From contig JBAUHI010000076.1 of assembly GCA_049680185.1 (NCBI GenBank), positions 4,339 to 68,338 on the forward strand: a stretch of 64,000 nucleotides of DNA, given 5' to 3'. The DNA comes from Gemmatimonadales bacterium (lineage in GTDB: Bacteria; Gemmatimonadota; Gemmatimonadetes; Gemmatimonadales; GWC2-71-9). This document shows, one piece after another, positions 7,514-16,465 of this stretch (the stretch's first letter is position 1; each line of letters begins with the position of its first letter). A model generated the notes under the pieces. The model worked only from the letters and a program-made list of their open reading frames with translations, searched no databases and was not told the DNA's origin. The position numbers and the translations under genes were made by a program.

Positions 7514-9348
7514 GCACGGCGCGGCGGCTGTTCAACGAGCTGGGCGCGTATCGCTGGGGATTCATCGCGGCGGCGGGCTGCATGCTGGTGTCGTCGGTGC
7601 TCGACGGCGCCACCGTTGTGATGCTCATCCCGCTGCTCAAGCACCTGTTCGGGAGCGCTGGCGCCCTGAGCGCCGGGAGCAGCTGGTTGGAGCGGTTCTC
7701 CGATGCGGCGCTCGCGCCGGTCCTGGTCGGCACCACCCAGGATCAGGCGATCGCCCGGATCGTGGCACTGATGGTCCTCATCCTCCTGCTGAAGAACGTC
7801 GCCGGGTACGGCGCCAACCAGATCGGCGTCGCAGTGCAGGAGGGCGTCGTCCGCGATCTCCGCACCCGGATGTTCCGGCACATGCTGACCCTCGATCTCG
7901 GGGTCTTCCAGCGCACCCGTGCCGGCCAGCTGATCCAGCGGATCATCACCGACGTCGACCAGATCAAGAGCGTCATCAATACCTCGCTGGCGCGCTTCTT
8001 CCAGAACTTCAGCGTCATCCTCGTGACGCTCGCGGCCCTCACGGCCACCTCGTGGCGCCTGACGCTCATGGCGGTCGCCTCGGCACCGGTGCTGGTCTTC
8101 GGCCTCAGGGGCGTGCTGCAGCGGCTGCGGCGCCATTCCCGCGACCGTGCCGAGGAGTGGGGCGAGATCACCAGTTACATCACCGAGCGCCTCGGCGCCA
8201 TCAAGCTCATCCGAGGCTACGGGGTGGCGGAGCAGGAAGCGGTCCGGTTCGATGCCCAGGCCGCGGACTACCGGCGGAAGGTCATTCGCACCAACCGCTA
8301 CTCCTCGCTCACGAGCCCCATCAGCGAGATGTTCGGCGGCCTGGTGCTCATCGTCCTGCTGGTGGGCGGCACGAGGTCGTGGGTCACCGGCGGTGTGGCG
8401 CCGCTCTCGCCGGCCACGCTGATCACGTTCCTGGTGCTGGCGCTCCGGATGATGTCGCCGATCAAGCAGATCTCGCAGTTCCCGGCGGACCTGGCCATGG
8501 CGCTGGCCAGCGCCGACCGGGTCTTCCAGCTCCTCGACCAGCCGGGCGGGGAGGTCGACGCCGCCAACGCGGGGCCGGCACACTTTTCCCGCGACATCAC
8601 TTTCGATCACGTCTCCTTTTCCTATGATGGCGAACGCCAGGTGCTCCACGACGTGTCGTTCAACGTCGCGCGTGGCCAGGCGGTGGCGCTCGTGGGACCG
8701 TCCGGGGCGGGGAAGACCACGCTGGTGGAACTCATTCCCCGCCTCCATGACCCGACCGAGGGTGTGGTGCGTTTCGACGGGATCCCGCTCGATCGCTTCA
8801 CCCGCGCATCCCTCCGTGGCCTGATCGGGATGGTGAGCCAGGAGACGGTACTGCTCAACGACTCGGTCCGGAACAACATCGCCTTCGGCCGCCGCGATGC
8901 GACCGACGCCGAGGTCGTGGCCGCCGCGCGTGCCGCCAACGCACACGCCTTCATCGCCGACCTTCCCCTTGGCTACGAGACGGTCCTCGGCGAGCGCGGC
9001 ACCCGGCTCTCCGGCGGTCAGCGCCAGCGCATCGCGATCGCGCGGGCCCTCCTGCGCGACCCGCCGATCCTCCTCCTCGACGAGGCAACGAGCGCCCTCG
9101 ACACCGAGTCCGAGCGCCTGGTGCAGGAAGCGATCGAGCGCCTGATGCAGGACCGCACGGTGCTGGTCATCGCCCATCGGCTGGCGACGGTGCGCAATGC
9201 GGATCGGATCCTCGTGATCGAGAACGGGCGCGTCGTGGAGCAGGGAACGCACGACGACCTGTACCGGAGCGGCGGGATGTACCGCCGACTCTACGACATG
9301 CAGTTCCGCGAGGAGCCGAGCGCGGATCCTGATCCCGCCACCGCATGA
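7510..9348 (+). CDS. ABC transporter, fused permease/ATPase, MsbA-like lipid exporter
   Basis: GTG at 7510 overlaps the upstream TGA (GTGA). Six-TM N-terminal half, then GPSGAGKTT (Walker A), LSGGQRQRIAIARAL (signature), ILLLDEATSALD (Walker B). Confidence 0.88.
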   Translation: MSTARRLFNELGAYRWGFIAAAGCMLVSSVLDGATVVMLIPLLKHLFGSAGALSAGSSWLERFSDAALAPVLVGTTQDQAIARIVALMVLILLLKNVAGYGANQIGVAVQEGVVRDLRTRMFRHMLTLDLGVFQRTRAGQLIQRIITDVDQIKSVINTSLARFFQNFSVILVTLAALTATSWRLTLMAVASAPVLVFGLRGVLQRLRRHSRDRAEEWGEITSYITERLGAIKLIRGYGVAEQEAVRFDAQAADYRRKVIRTNRYSSLTSPISEMFGGLVLIVLLVGGTRSWVTGGVAPLSPATLITFLVLALRMMSPIKQISQFPADLAMALASADRVFQLLDQPGGEVDAANAGPAHFSRDITFDHVSFSYDGERQVLHDVSFNVARGQAVALVGPSGAGKTTLVELIPRLHDPTEGVVRFDGIPLDRFTRASLRGLIGMVSQETVLLNDSVRNNIAFGRRDATDAEVVAAARAANAHAFIADLPLGYETVLGERGTRLSGGQRQRIAIARALLRDPPILLLDEATSALDTESERLVQEAIERLMQDRTVLVIAHRLATVRNADRILVIENGRVVEQGTHDDLYRSGGMYRRLYDMQFREEPSADPDPATA

Positions 9349-10322
9349 CCGGAACCCACCCGGTCTTCGGCGGGCGGAACGTCCTGCTCATCTCCCGCTT
9401 CGAAGGCGAACGGCACGCGCACGCGTCGCTCCGGCGCCGGGCCCTGGAGCGGCTGGGGTGCGGGGTCGTGGTGGTGGACCTCCAGCCGGGAGGCTGGCTT
9501 TCGCGCCTGACCGGCGGTGACACCGCGACACGGATCGCCAAGGCGGTGGCCGAACACCGGCCCGAGCTCGTGCTCGCGCTGGGACCGGTGCTGCCCGATG
9601 CCGACGTGGTCCGGCGTCTCCGGGCGGACGATCCGGTGCCGTGGGTGCTCTGGTGGGGTGGGGATGACGGTGCTGAACCAGACGCGGCCGTCTGGGACGC
9701 CTACACCCAGGTCTGGGTGGCCGATTCCGACCTCGCCGCCCGCGTCCCCGGGGCGCGCTTCCTGCCCCACGGCTGCGACCCGTCGATCCACCGTCCCATG
9801 AGTTCACGGGATGAATTCCGCGCCAATGTCGTGTTCGTCGGTGAAGCTACGCCCGACCGGGAGCGCCTCCTGAGCGAGGTGGTGGAATTCGGACTGGCGG
9901 TCTGGGGTCCCGGGTGGCGGAGGACCCGGCTCCGGGACTATTGTCGCGGCGATGCGCTCGCCGTCGAGGATTACGTCCGCGCCTCGGCCGGTGCGTCGAT
10001 CGCCCTCAACCTCCATCGCGAAGGCCCCGATGGCCGGGTACCGTCGGCCGCGGGGTGCAACGCGCGCACCTTCGAGCTCGCGGCAATGGGGGTGCCCCAG
10101 GTGGTGGACGATCGTATCGACCTGCCGTCGCAGTTCGTGGACGGCGAGGAGCTGGCGGTCTTCCGCGATCCCGCGGAACTCAAGCCGCTGGTGCGCGACC
10201 TGCTCCACGACCGCCCGACGGCCGATCGGCTCGCGGCGGCGGGCCGACAGCGTGCGTTGAGCGAGCACACCTACGTCCACCGGCTGCGGCGCCTGCTTGA
10301 TGAGGCCGAGGACGCGGCGTGA
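9345..10322 (+). CDS. CgeB-family / GT1-like glycosyltransferase
   Basis: FVGEATPDRERLL...ALNLHRE...CNARTFELAAMGVPQVVDD...FRDPAELKPLVRDLL resembles CgeB/DUF3880-type glycosyltransferases. 4-nt overlap with the upstream gene. Confidence 0.6.
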   Translation: MTGTHPVFGGRNVLLISRFEGERHAHASLRRRALERLGCGVVVVDLQPGGWLSRLTGGDTATRIAKAVAEHRPELVLALGPVLPDADVVRRLRADDPVPWVLWWGGDDGAEPDAAVWDAYTQVWVADSDLAARVPGARFLPHGCDPSIHRPMSSRDEFRANVVFVGEATPDRERLLSEVVEFGLAVWGPGWRRTRLRDYCRGDALAVEDYVRASAGASIALNLHREGPDGRVPSAAGCNARTFELAAMGVPQVVDDRIDLPSQFVDGEELAVFRDPAELKPLVRDLLHDRPTADRLAAAGRQRALSEHTYVHRLRRLLDEAEDAA

Positions 10323-11206
10323 CCGTCCCGGTGTCGGGGTTCACGTTCGTGCGGAACGCGGTGCTGCTCGACTTTCCGCTGGAAGCGAGCATCCGCTCGC
10401 TCCTGCCGGTCTGCGATGAGGTGGTCGTCAACGTCGGGCGGTCGGAGGATGCTACGCTCGGCCTGGTGCGTTCCCTGGCCCATCCGAAGCTCCGCATCAT
10501 CGAGAGCACCTGGGATCTTTCGCGCGGTCGGCGCGTGCTCGCCGAACAGACGGATATCGCACTCAACGCCTGCCGGCATCCATGGGCAGTGTACATCCAG
10601 GCCGATGAGGTCCTGCACGAGGCAGGTGCTGGCCGGGTGCGTCAGGCCATCGACGAGCACGATGCCGATCCCCGCGTCGAGGCGCTGGTGGTGCGATACC
10701 GCCACTTCTATGGTGGTTTCGAGACCGAGCTCGTGGCGCGGAGCGCGTACCGCCGTGAGGTGCGAGTCGTCCGCCGGGATCCGGCCATCGGGATCCATTC
10801 CTACGGCGATGCGCAGGGATTCCGCGCCGGCCCCGATGATCGGCGGGTCCGTGCCCGACTGGTGGATGCGGAGATGTTCCACTACGGATGGGCCCGCCCC
10901 TCCTCCGCACTGGACCGGAAGAAGCGCGAGGACGAGCAGATCTACGCCTGGAGCGAGGCGGAGAAGCGATCCTGGGAGTCGCGCGGTGAGCTCCTGCCGT
11001 GGAAGCGGGGGCTTCGTCCATTCACCGGGGCGCACCCTGCGGGCGCCGCCGTGTGGATCGCGGAACGGCGGGCGGCCGCCGACGGACGGATCGGGCCGCG
11101 ACGACCGCTCCGCGGCGCCAGGGAATTGCGGCACGCCGCGCTCGACCTCGTCGAGCGGATGACCGGCGCCCGTCCCCTCGAATTCCGGAACTACACCCTG
11201 GTATGA
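10319..11206 (+). CDS. GT-A fold (GT2-like) glycosyltransferase, putative
   Basis: VSGFTFVRNAVLLDFPLEASIRSLLPVCDEVVVNVGRSEDATL...YIQADEVLHE. The DxD-like ADE and the N-terminal beta-alpha pattern suggest a GT-A fold. Translationally coupled on both sides. Confidence 0.5.
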   Translation: MTVPVSGFTFVRNAVLLDFPLEASIRSLLPVCDEVVVNVGRSEDATLGLVRSLAHPKLRIIESTWDLSRGRRVLAEQTDIALNACRHPWAVYIQADEVLHEAGAGRVRQAIDEHDADPRVEALVVRYRHFYGGFETELVARSAYRREVRVVRRDPAIGIHSYGDAQGFRAGPDDRRVRARLVDAEMFHYGWARPSSALDRKKREDEQIYAWSEAEKRSWESRGELLPWKRGLRPFTGAHPAGAAVWIAERRAAADGRIGPRRPLRGARELRHAALDLVERMTGARPLEFRNYTLV

Positions 11207-11985
11207 GCGCCGTTCCCGTCACGATCGTCATCCCGACCCTCGAGGAGGCCGCGCAGATCGCCGAATGCGTGCGGTCGTGCGCCTGGGCCGATGAGGTGAT
11301 CGTTGCCGATGGTGGCTCGACCGACGCGACGGTGTCGCTGGCGCGCGCCGCCGGGGCCACGGTGCTCGAGGGCACCGGGCCGACCATCGCGGCCCAGCGC
11401 AACGCGGCGATCGCCGTGGCCCGGAATGCGTGGGTCTTTGCCCTCGACGCCGATGAACGCTGCACCGACCCGCTGATCGCGTCGATCGCCCGCGAGGTCC
11501 TGTCGCCCCGGCACCAGGCCTATCGCGTCTGGCGTCGCAACTTCTATCTCGGCGTGGAACGCGCCCACGGCGCGTGGGGTCGCGATCGGGTGGTCCGGCT
11601 CTTCCCCCGTGAACGGCGCTACGAAGAGCGCCGGGTCCATGAAGGGCTCGAACCGATGGCCGACATTGGCGACCTCACGGGTCGCCTCCTGCACACGCCC
11701 TACCGCGACCTGGGCCACCAGGTCGAGAAACTGCGCAAGTACGCCCGCTGGTCGGCGCTCGACATGCACGACCGGGGTCGCCGAGCGTCGTGGAGCGACC
11801 TGACGCTGCGGCCTGCATTTCGCTTCCTGCGTGACGTGGTCGTGTGGGGGCAGTGGCGGGACGGGCGCGCCGGGATCGTCGGCGCGGGGCTCGACGCGTG
11901 GGGAGGGTTCATGAAGTACGCCGAGTTGTGGGCGCTGGAGCGGGCGCAGCTTGCTCCGCCGGCGGCTCCGGGAGTTGGGCCCTGA
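11203..11985 (+). CDS. Glycosyltransferase family 2
   Basis: ATG at 11203 overlaps the upstream TGA (ATGA). VTIVIPTLEEAAQIAECVRS...VIVADGGSTDATV...FALDADE (DxD)...LLHTPYRDLGHQVEKLRKYARW, as in KdtX/WaaE-type GT2. Confidence 0.8.
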   Translation: MSAVPVTIVIPTLEEAAQIAECVRSCAWADEVIVADGGSTDATVSLARAAGATVLEGTGPTIAAQRNAAIAVARNAWVFALDADERCTDPLIASIAREVLSPRHQAYRVWRRNFYLGVERAHGAWGRDRVVRLFPRERRYEERRVHEGLEPMADIGDLTGRLLHTPYRDLGHQVEKLRKYARWSALDMHDRGRRASWSDLTLRPAFRFLRDVVVWGQWRDGRAGIVGAGLDAWGGFMKYAELWALERAQLAPPAAPGVGP

Positions 11986-13084
11986 TCGCGAACGTCGGGC
12001 AGGCGCGTACATACCCGCCATCGACCGGCGACCATTCCTGCCGCGGCACCAGCACCTTGGCCTTTCGGTCCGGTCCCAGGGCAAAGACCGACGGCGCCGC
12101 CATCGCACAGATCCCGCAGCCCACACAGCGGGGCGCGTCGACCGAGACCTCGACCGTGTGCCGCGGGTAGATCCCCGATGCGTGCGCCGGGAATCCCTCC
12201 GGCAACTGCTCCAGCGCTTCCATCGTGGCCCGGTACCCTTCGTCGATCAGCTCCCGGGTGTGGTTGAACGTGAACATCCCCACATGCTCGACCCGCGGAT
12301 GCACCAGCAGGAGGGGCGGCAACTCCCAGCCGCGCAGACGCTCGGCCAGGATCGTCTGCATCACCAGCTCCAGGGCGCGGGCGTAGGTCGCGGCGAACCC
12401 GCCCGGGTCGGCCGCCTCCGTGAGTCCGCTGGTGGCGCCAACGTGCACGGCCAGCACCGGCCCAGGACACTCGCTCGCCGCGATGCGGACCGGAAGGCTC
12501 TCCGCCACTGCGCCATCGACACAGAGCCTGCCATCCACCTCGCGGGGCGGAAAGAGCCCCGGCAGGGCACACGAGCCGAAGATCGCCTCCCGGACCTTGA
12601 CGTGATCAAGCCCCGGAAGGCCCCACAGCACCTGCGACCCGCTCCTCAAGTCGACCGTCGCCACCACCAGGCGCCGTTCCAGCTGGCGGAACGTCACGTC
12701 CTTCACCAAACGGCCGATCAGTGCGTCGAGTGGTTCGTGGCGGTACACGGCAGGGGAGCGCATCCGCTTGAACGCCATGTCGGCGTGAGCGACCTGGAAA
12801 ATGTCCCGGCGGTGGACGGTCAGTGCTATGCTGCGCATCTCCGCCACCGGGAGCCCAGCGGCCCAGGCGCCCGCGATGAGGGAGCCCATCGAACAGCCCA
12901 CGACGAGGTCCGGGACCATCCCGACCTCTTCCAGCGCCTGGAAGACGCCGATGTGGGCCATCCCCTTCAGGCCACCGCCGCCGAGTACCAACGAGAAATG
13001 GCCGTCGATCCGCACCGCTTGTCCCAGGGGAGAGGTCGGGAGTAACGTACCGCACCATGTACCGTATCCGCCAGCAGCTCGCAC
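11909..13084 (-). CDS. Patatin-like phospholipase fused to a C-terminal single-cluster ferredoxin domain
   Basis: LGGGGLKGMAH (oxyanion GGGxxG), GCSMGS (GxSxG), VDGAV (catalytic DGA). C-terminus: PRCVGCGICAMAAPSVF...YVRACPTFAI (CxxCxxC...CP). The exact start is uncertain. The 3' end overlaps the convergent GT2 gene by 77 nt. Confidence 0.75.
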   Translation of the reverse strand: MRAAGGYGTWCGTLLPTSPLGQAVRIDGHFSLVLGGGGLKGMAHIGVFQALEEVGMVPDLVVGCSMGSLIAGAWAAGLPVAEMRSIALTVHRRDIFQVAHADMAFKRMRSPAVYRHEPLDALIGRLVKDVTFRQLERRLVVATVDLRSGSQVLWGLPGLDHVKVREAIFGSCALPGLFPPREVDGRLCVDGAVAESLPVRIAASECPGPVLAVHVGATSGLTEAADPGGFAATYARALELVMQTILAERLRGWELPPLLLVHPRVEHVGMFTFNHTRELIDEGYRATMEALEQLPEGFPAHASGIYPRHTVEVSVDAPRCVGCGICAMAAPSVFALGPDRKAKVLVPRQEWSPVDGGYVRACPTFAIRAQLPEPPAEQAAPAPAPTTRRTS

Positions 13085-13893
13085 GCGATCCGCTCTTCGC
13101 CATCGGGGTCACGTTGGCACTCGTGGTCATCATCGCGGGCCTCGCCGCTCCGCTGCTGGCGCCGGCGGATCCGATCACCGGCGATCTCCGGGCGGCGTAC
13201 CTGCTCTCGCCATCGCTCCACCACCTGTTCGGCACCGACAGTCAAGGACGCGATGTGCTGAGCCGGGTCCTCTACGGTGCTCGGATCTCCCTCGCGGTCG
13301 GCCTCATTGCACAATCGGTGTCGCTGGCCATCGGCGTCACGCTTGGCCTCGTGTCCGGCTACTACGGGCGCTGGGTCGACGCGGTGGTGATGCGTCTGGC
13401 CGACATCACGCTCGCATTCCCCACGCTCCTGCTGCTCATCGCGGTGGCGGCCGCAGTGCGACCGTCGCTCGGGCTCATCTTCGTGGTCATCGGCGCGGTC
13501 GGCTGGGCCGGTCTGGCGCGGCTGGTCCGCGGACAGGTGCTGGTGCTGCGGAGTGCCGAGTATGTGCTGGCCGCGCGCGCCCTCGGCGCCAGCGACCGCC
13601 GGGTGCTCTGGCGCCACCTGCTCCCCAACGTGCAGGCGCCGGTCATCGTCGCTGCGACGCTCGGCATCGCTGGTGCGATGATGGCGGAAGCGGCGCTGTC
13701 CTTTCTCGGACTTGGCGCCCAGCCACCAACGCCGAGCTGGGGCGCGATGGTGGCGGACGGACGCGACCTGCTCCGCGTGGCGCCGTGGGTGTCGGTGGCG
13801 CCCGGCGCCGCGATCGGCATTGCGGTGCTTGCCTTCAACCTCGTGGGTGACGGGCTGCGCGAGGTGTTCGGTGAACGGCCCGGACGAGGATGA
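13057..13893 (+). CDS. ABC transporter permease, OppC/DppC type (no partner subunits nearby)
   Basis: LFGTDSQGRDVLSRVLYGARISL and the EAA-loop-like region AARALGASDRRVLWRHLLPN are typical of OppC/DppC permeases. Confidence 0.8.
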   Translation: MYRIRQQLARDPLFAIGVTLALVVIIAGLAAPLLAPADPITGDLRAAYLLSPSLHHLFGTDSQGRDVLSRVLYGARISLAVGLIAQSVSLAIGVTLGLVSGYYGRWVDAVVMRLADITLAFPTLLLLIAVAAAVRPSLGLIFVVIGAVGWAGLARLVRGQVLVLRSAEYVLAARALGASDRRVLWRHLLPNVQAPVIVAATLGIAGAMMAEAALSFLGLGAQPPTPSWGAMVADGRDLLRVAPWVSVAPGAAIGIAVLAFNLVGDGLREVFGERPGRG

Positions 13894-15050
13894 CCATGGA
13901 CAAGGATCTGCGGGACCTCAGACGGGTCGAGTTCCCCTGGGCGGACCAGACCACTTACCTGAATCACGCGAGCACCGGGCCACTACCGGAGCGGACGCGG
14001 CTCGTGCTCGAGAGCTGGAACCGGCGCCGCACCATGCCGTTCACCTTGCCCGACCCGGAGCTCTTCTCGGTGTTCACCACCGCGCGGGGGCTCGCGGCCC
14101 GGCTGGTGAACGCCCATCCCGACGAGATCGCCCTCGCCACCAACACCACGTGGGGGTTGGCGCTGGCGGCGGCGGCGCTCCCGCTCGGAGCCGGCGATGT
14201 CGTGGTCGTGAGCGACAAGGAGTTCCCGGCCAATGTCTATCCGTGGCTCCTCCTCAAGGAGCGTGGCGTGCGGCTCGACCTGGTGCCGACCACGCCCGAG
14301 GGATGGCCCGACGAGGCGGCGATGCTGGGACGGCTGGAGCGGCCGGAGGTGAAGGCCGTCGCCGTGTCGCTGGTACAGTTCAGCAACGGCTATCAGGTGG
14401 ACCTGGCGGCGTTCTCCGCTGCCACCCGCCGGCTGGGGAAGTTCCTGGTGGTGGACGGCATCCAGGCCGTCGGTCAGGTGCTGGTCGACCTGACGAGAAC
14501 GCCGGTGGACATCCTCTCGTGCGGCGGCCAGAAGTGGCTGCTCTCGGGGTGGGGATCGGGATTCACGTATGTGCGGCGAGAACTGATCGGCCAGCTTCGA
14601 CCGGCGATGACCGGATGGATGGCGTTCGAAGGGACCGATGACTTCTCCCGGCTCACGGCGTACGACCCGACGCTCCGTCCCGACGCGCGACGGTTCGAGA
14701 TGATCACGCTGCCGTTCCACGACCTGGCCGGATTCAACACGTCGGTCGAGATGCTGCTGTCGGTGGGGATCGACCGGGTCGCAGCGCACCTGGCAGCGGT
14801 CCACGCGCCGGTCATCTCGGCGGCGGAGAGGTCGGGGGCGCGGATCACTTCACCACGTGGCGCACGCGGCTCGGGGATCCTCTGTGTGGCGCCCCAGGAC
14901 CTGGCCGGGAGCTTCGCACGACTCAAGGCGGCGGGCGTCCATGCGTCGCTCCGTGAGGGTGCCATCCGGCTTTCGCCGCACTTCTACACGACACCCGAGG
15001 AGATGGAGCGGGTGGCGGCGGTGCTGGAAAGTGGGAGCGGGGGAAAGTGA
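13890..15050 (+). CDS. Class V aminotransferase-fold PLP enzyme (cysteine desulfurase / selenocysteine lyase-like)
   Basis: ATGA overlap with the permease. TYLNHASTGPLP, LVQFSNGYQVDL, SCGGQKWLLSGWGSGF (candidate PLP lysine). Confidence 0.75.
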   Translation: MTMDKDLRDLRRVEFPWADQTTYLNHASTGPLPERTRLVLESWNRRRTMPFTLPDPELFSVFTTARGLAARLVNAHPDEIALATNTTWGLALAAAALPLGAGDVVVVSDKEFPANVYPWLLLKERGVRLDLVPTTPEGWPDEAAMLGRLERPEVKAVAVSLVQFSNGYQVDLAAFSAATRRLGKFLVVDGIQAVGQVLVDLTRTPVDILSCGGQKWLLSGWGSGFTYVRRELIGQLRPAMTGWMAFEGTDDFSRLTAYDPTLRPDARRFEMITLPFHDLAGFNTSVEMLLSVGIDRVAAHLAAVHAPVISAAERSGARITSPRGARGSGILCVAPQDLAGSFARLKAAGVHASLREGAIRLSPHFYTTPEEMERVAAVLESGSGGK

Positions 15051-15090
15051 GGGGGGTGAAACGTGACGAGCGAAGAGTGAACAGGAAGTG
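15047..15090. repeat. Degenerate GTGAA-rich stretch related to the heptamer elements (no clear inverted arm)
   Basis: GTGAGGGGGGTGAAACGTGACGAGCGAAGAGTGAACAGGAAGTG in the convergent gap between the aminotransferase gene and tyrS. Confidence 0.3.
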
Positions 15091-15114
15091 CGCGGGGAAC
15101 GCGGCGGCCCGCGG

Positions 15115-16377
15115 TCAGTCGGCGATCAGCAACGCGTAGTTCTTCTTGCCCTTCTGCAGGATGATGTACCGGCCGACGAGGAGGTCTGCCGGGGCGATCG
15201 TGCGCGCGCCATCGGCCTTGTCCCCGTTCACGGAGAACCCGCCCTGTTCGAGTCCCCGCCGAGCTTCGGCCTTGGACGTGGCCAGTCCGGAACTCACCAG
15301 CAGGTCCGCCAGTGCTACGCCCCCGGCCAGCGCGCTCCGTACGATGTGGTGGGTCGGCACCTCGTCCGCCAGCACAGAGAACACGTCCGTCGACGATGAG
15401 CGCAGGTCGCCACCGCCGAAGAGGAGCCGGCTCGCGGCGATGACGCGGTCAGCGGTCTCCCGTCCGTGGACGATCGCCGTCACCTCCGCCGCCAACCGCC
15501 GCTGGCCCTCCCGCTTTCCGGGCTCAACGCGGTGCGCCTGGGTGATCGCGGTGACCTCGTCGAGTGGCAGGAAGGTGAAGAGCTTGAGGAACCGCTCGAC
15601 GTCGGCATCCTCCTGGTTGAGCCAGAACTGGTAGAACTTGTACGGACTGGTCCGTTGGGGATCGAGCCAGACGTTCCCGTCCTCGCTCTTGCCGAACTTG
15701 GCCCCCGATCCCGTCGTCAGGAGCGGGAACACCAGACCGTGGACCTGCTGTCCATCGCGGCGGGACACCAGTTCGCACCCGGCGGTGATGTTGCCCCACT
15801 GGTCGGTGCCACCCACCTGCAGCTCGCAGCCGTCGTGGTGATACAGGTGCCAGAAGTCGTGTGCCTGCGCCAGCATGTACGCGAACTCGGCGAAGGAGAT
15901 CCCGGTCTCCATCCGGCTCTTGACCGATTCCTTTTGCAGCATGTAGCTGACCGTGAAGTGCTTGCCCACGTCCCGCAGGAAATCGACCAGGCGAAGCTCT
16001 CCGAGCCAGTCGGCATTGTTCCGCATCCGCGCCGCCTGCTTGCCCTCGAAGGTCACGAATCGCCGGAGCTGCGCCTCGATCCCTCGGGCGTTCGCCAGCA
16101 CCTGGGTCGCATCGAGCATCGGACGCTCCGAGCGCTTCCCGCTCGGGTCGCCGATGAGGCCGGTCCCGCCACCGATGAGGATGATCGGGGTCCCGCCGGT
16201 CCGCTGCAGCCACGCGAGCCCCATCACCGGCACCAGATTCCCGACGTGGAGCGAATCGGCCGTCGGGTCGAAGCCGGCATAGCCGACGATCGCTCCGCGT
16301 GCGAGGCGTTCCTCAAGACCGGGCGTCAGGTCGGCGACGAAGCCGCGGGCGGTGAGGGTGGTGAGCAGCGAGTCCAT
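15115..16377 (-). CDS. tyrS: Tyrosine--tRNA ligase
   Basis: [15 protein letters not shown] (HIGH-type), [10 protein letters not shown] (KMSKS-type), C-terminal S4-like domain ending [16 protein letters not shown]. Confidence 0.93.
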   Translation of the reverse strand: MDSLLTTLTARGFVADLTPGLEERLARGAIVGYAGFDPTADSLHVGNLVPVMGLAWLQRTGGTPIILIGGGTGLIGDPSGKRSERPMLDATQVLANARGIEAQLRRFVTFEGKQAARMRNNADWLGELRLVDFLRDVGKHFTVSYMLQKESVKSRMETGISFAEFAYMLAQAHDFWHLYHHDGCELQVGGTDQWGNITAGCELVSRRDGQQVHGLVFPLLTTGSGAKFGKSEDGNVWLDPQRTSPYKFYQFWLNQEDADVERFLKLFTFLPLDEVTAITQAHRVEPGKREGQRRLAAEVTAIVHGRETADRVIAASRLLFGGGDLRSSSTDVFSVLADEVPTHHIVRSALAGGVALADLLVSSGLATSKAEARRGLEQGGFSVNGDKADGARTIAPADLLVGRYIILQKGKKNYALLIAD

Positions 16378-16465
16378 GCCGGAAATGTACGAGCCTCCCC
16401 GGAGCAGGGGGAAGGGAGGCGCGCTTTCTCTTTTCCCGCCCTGCGCGCTCCGCTAGTATTCGACC

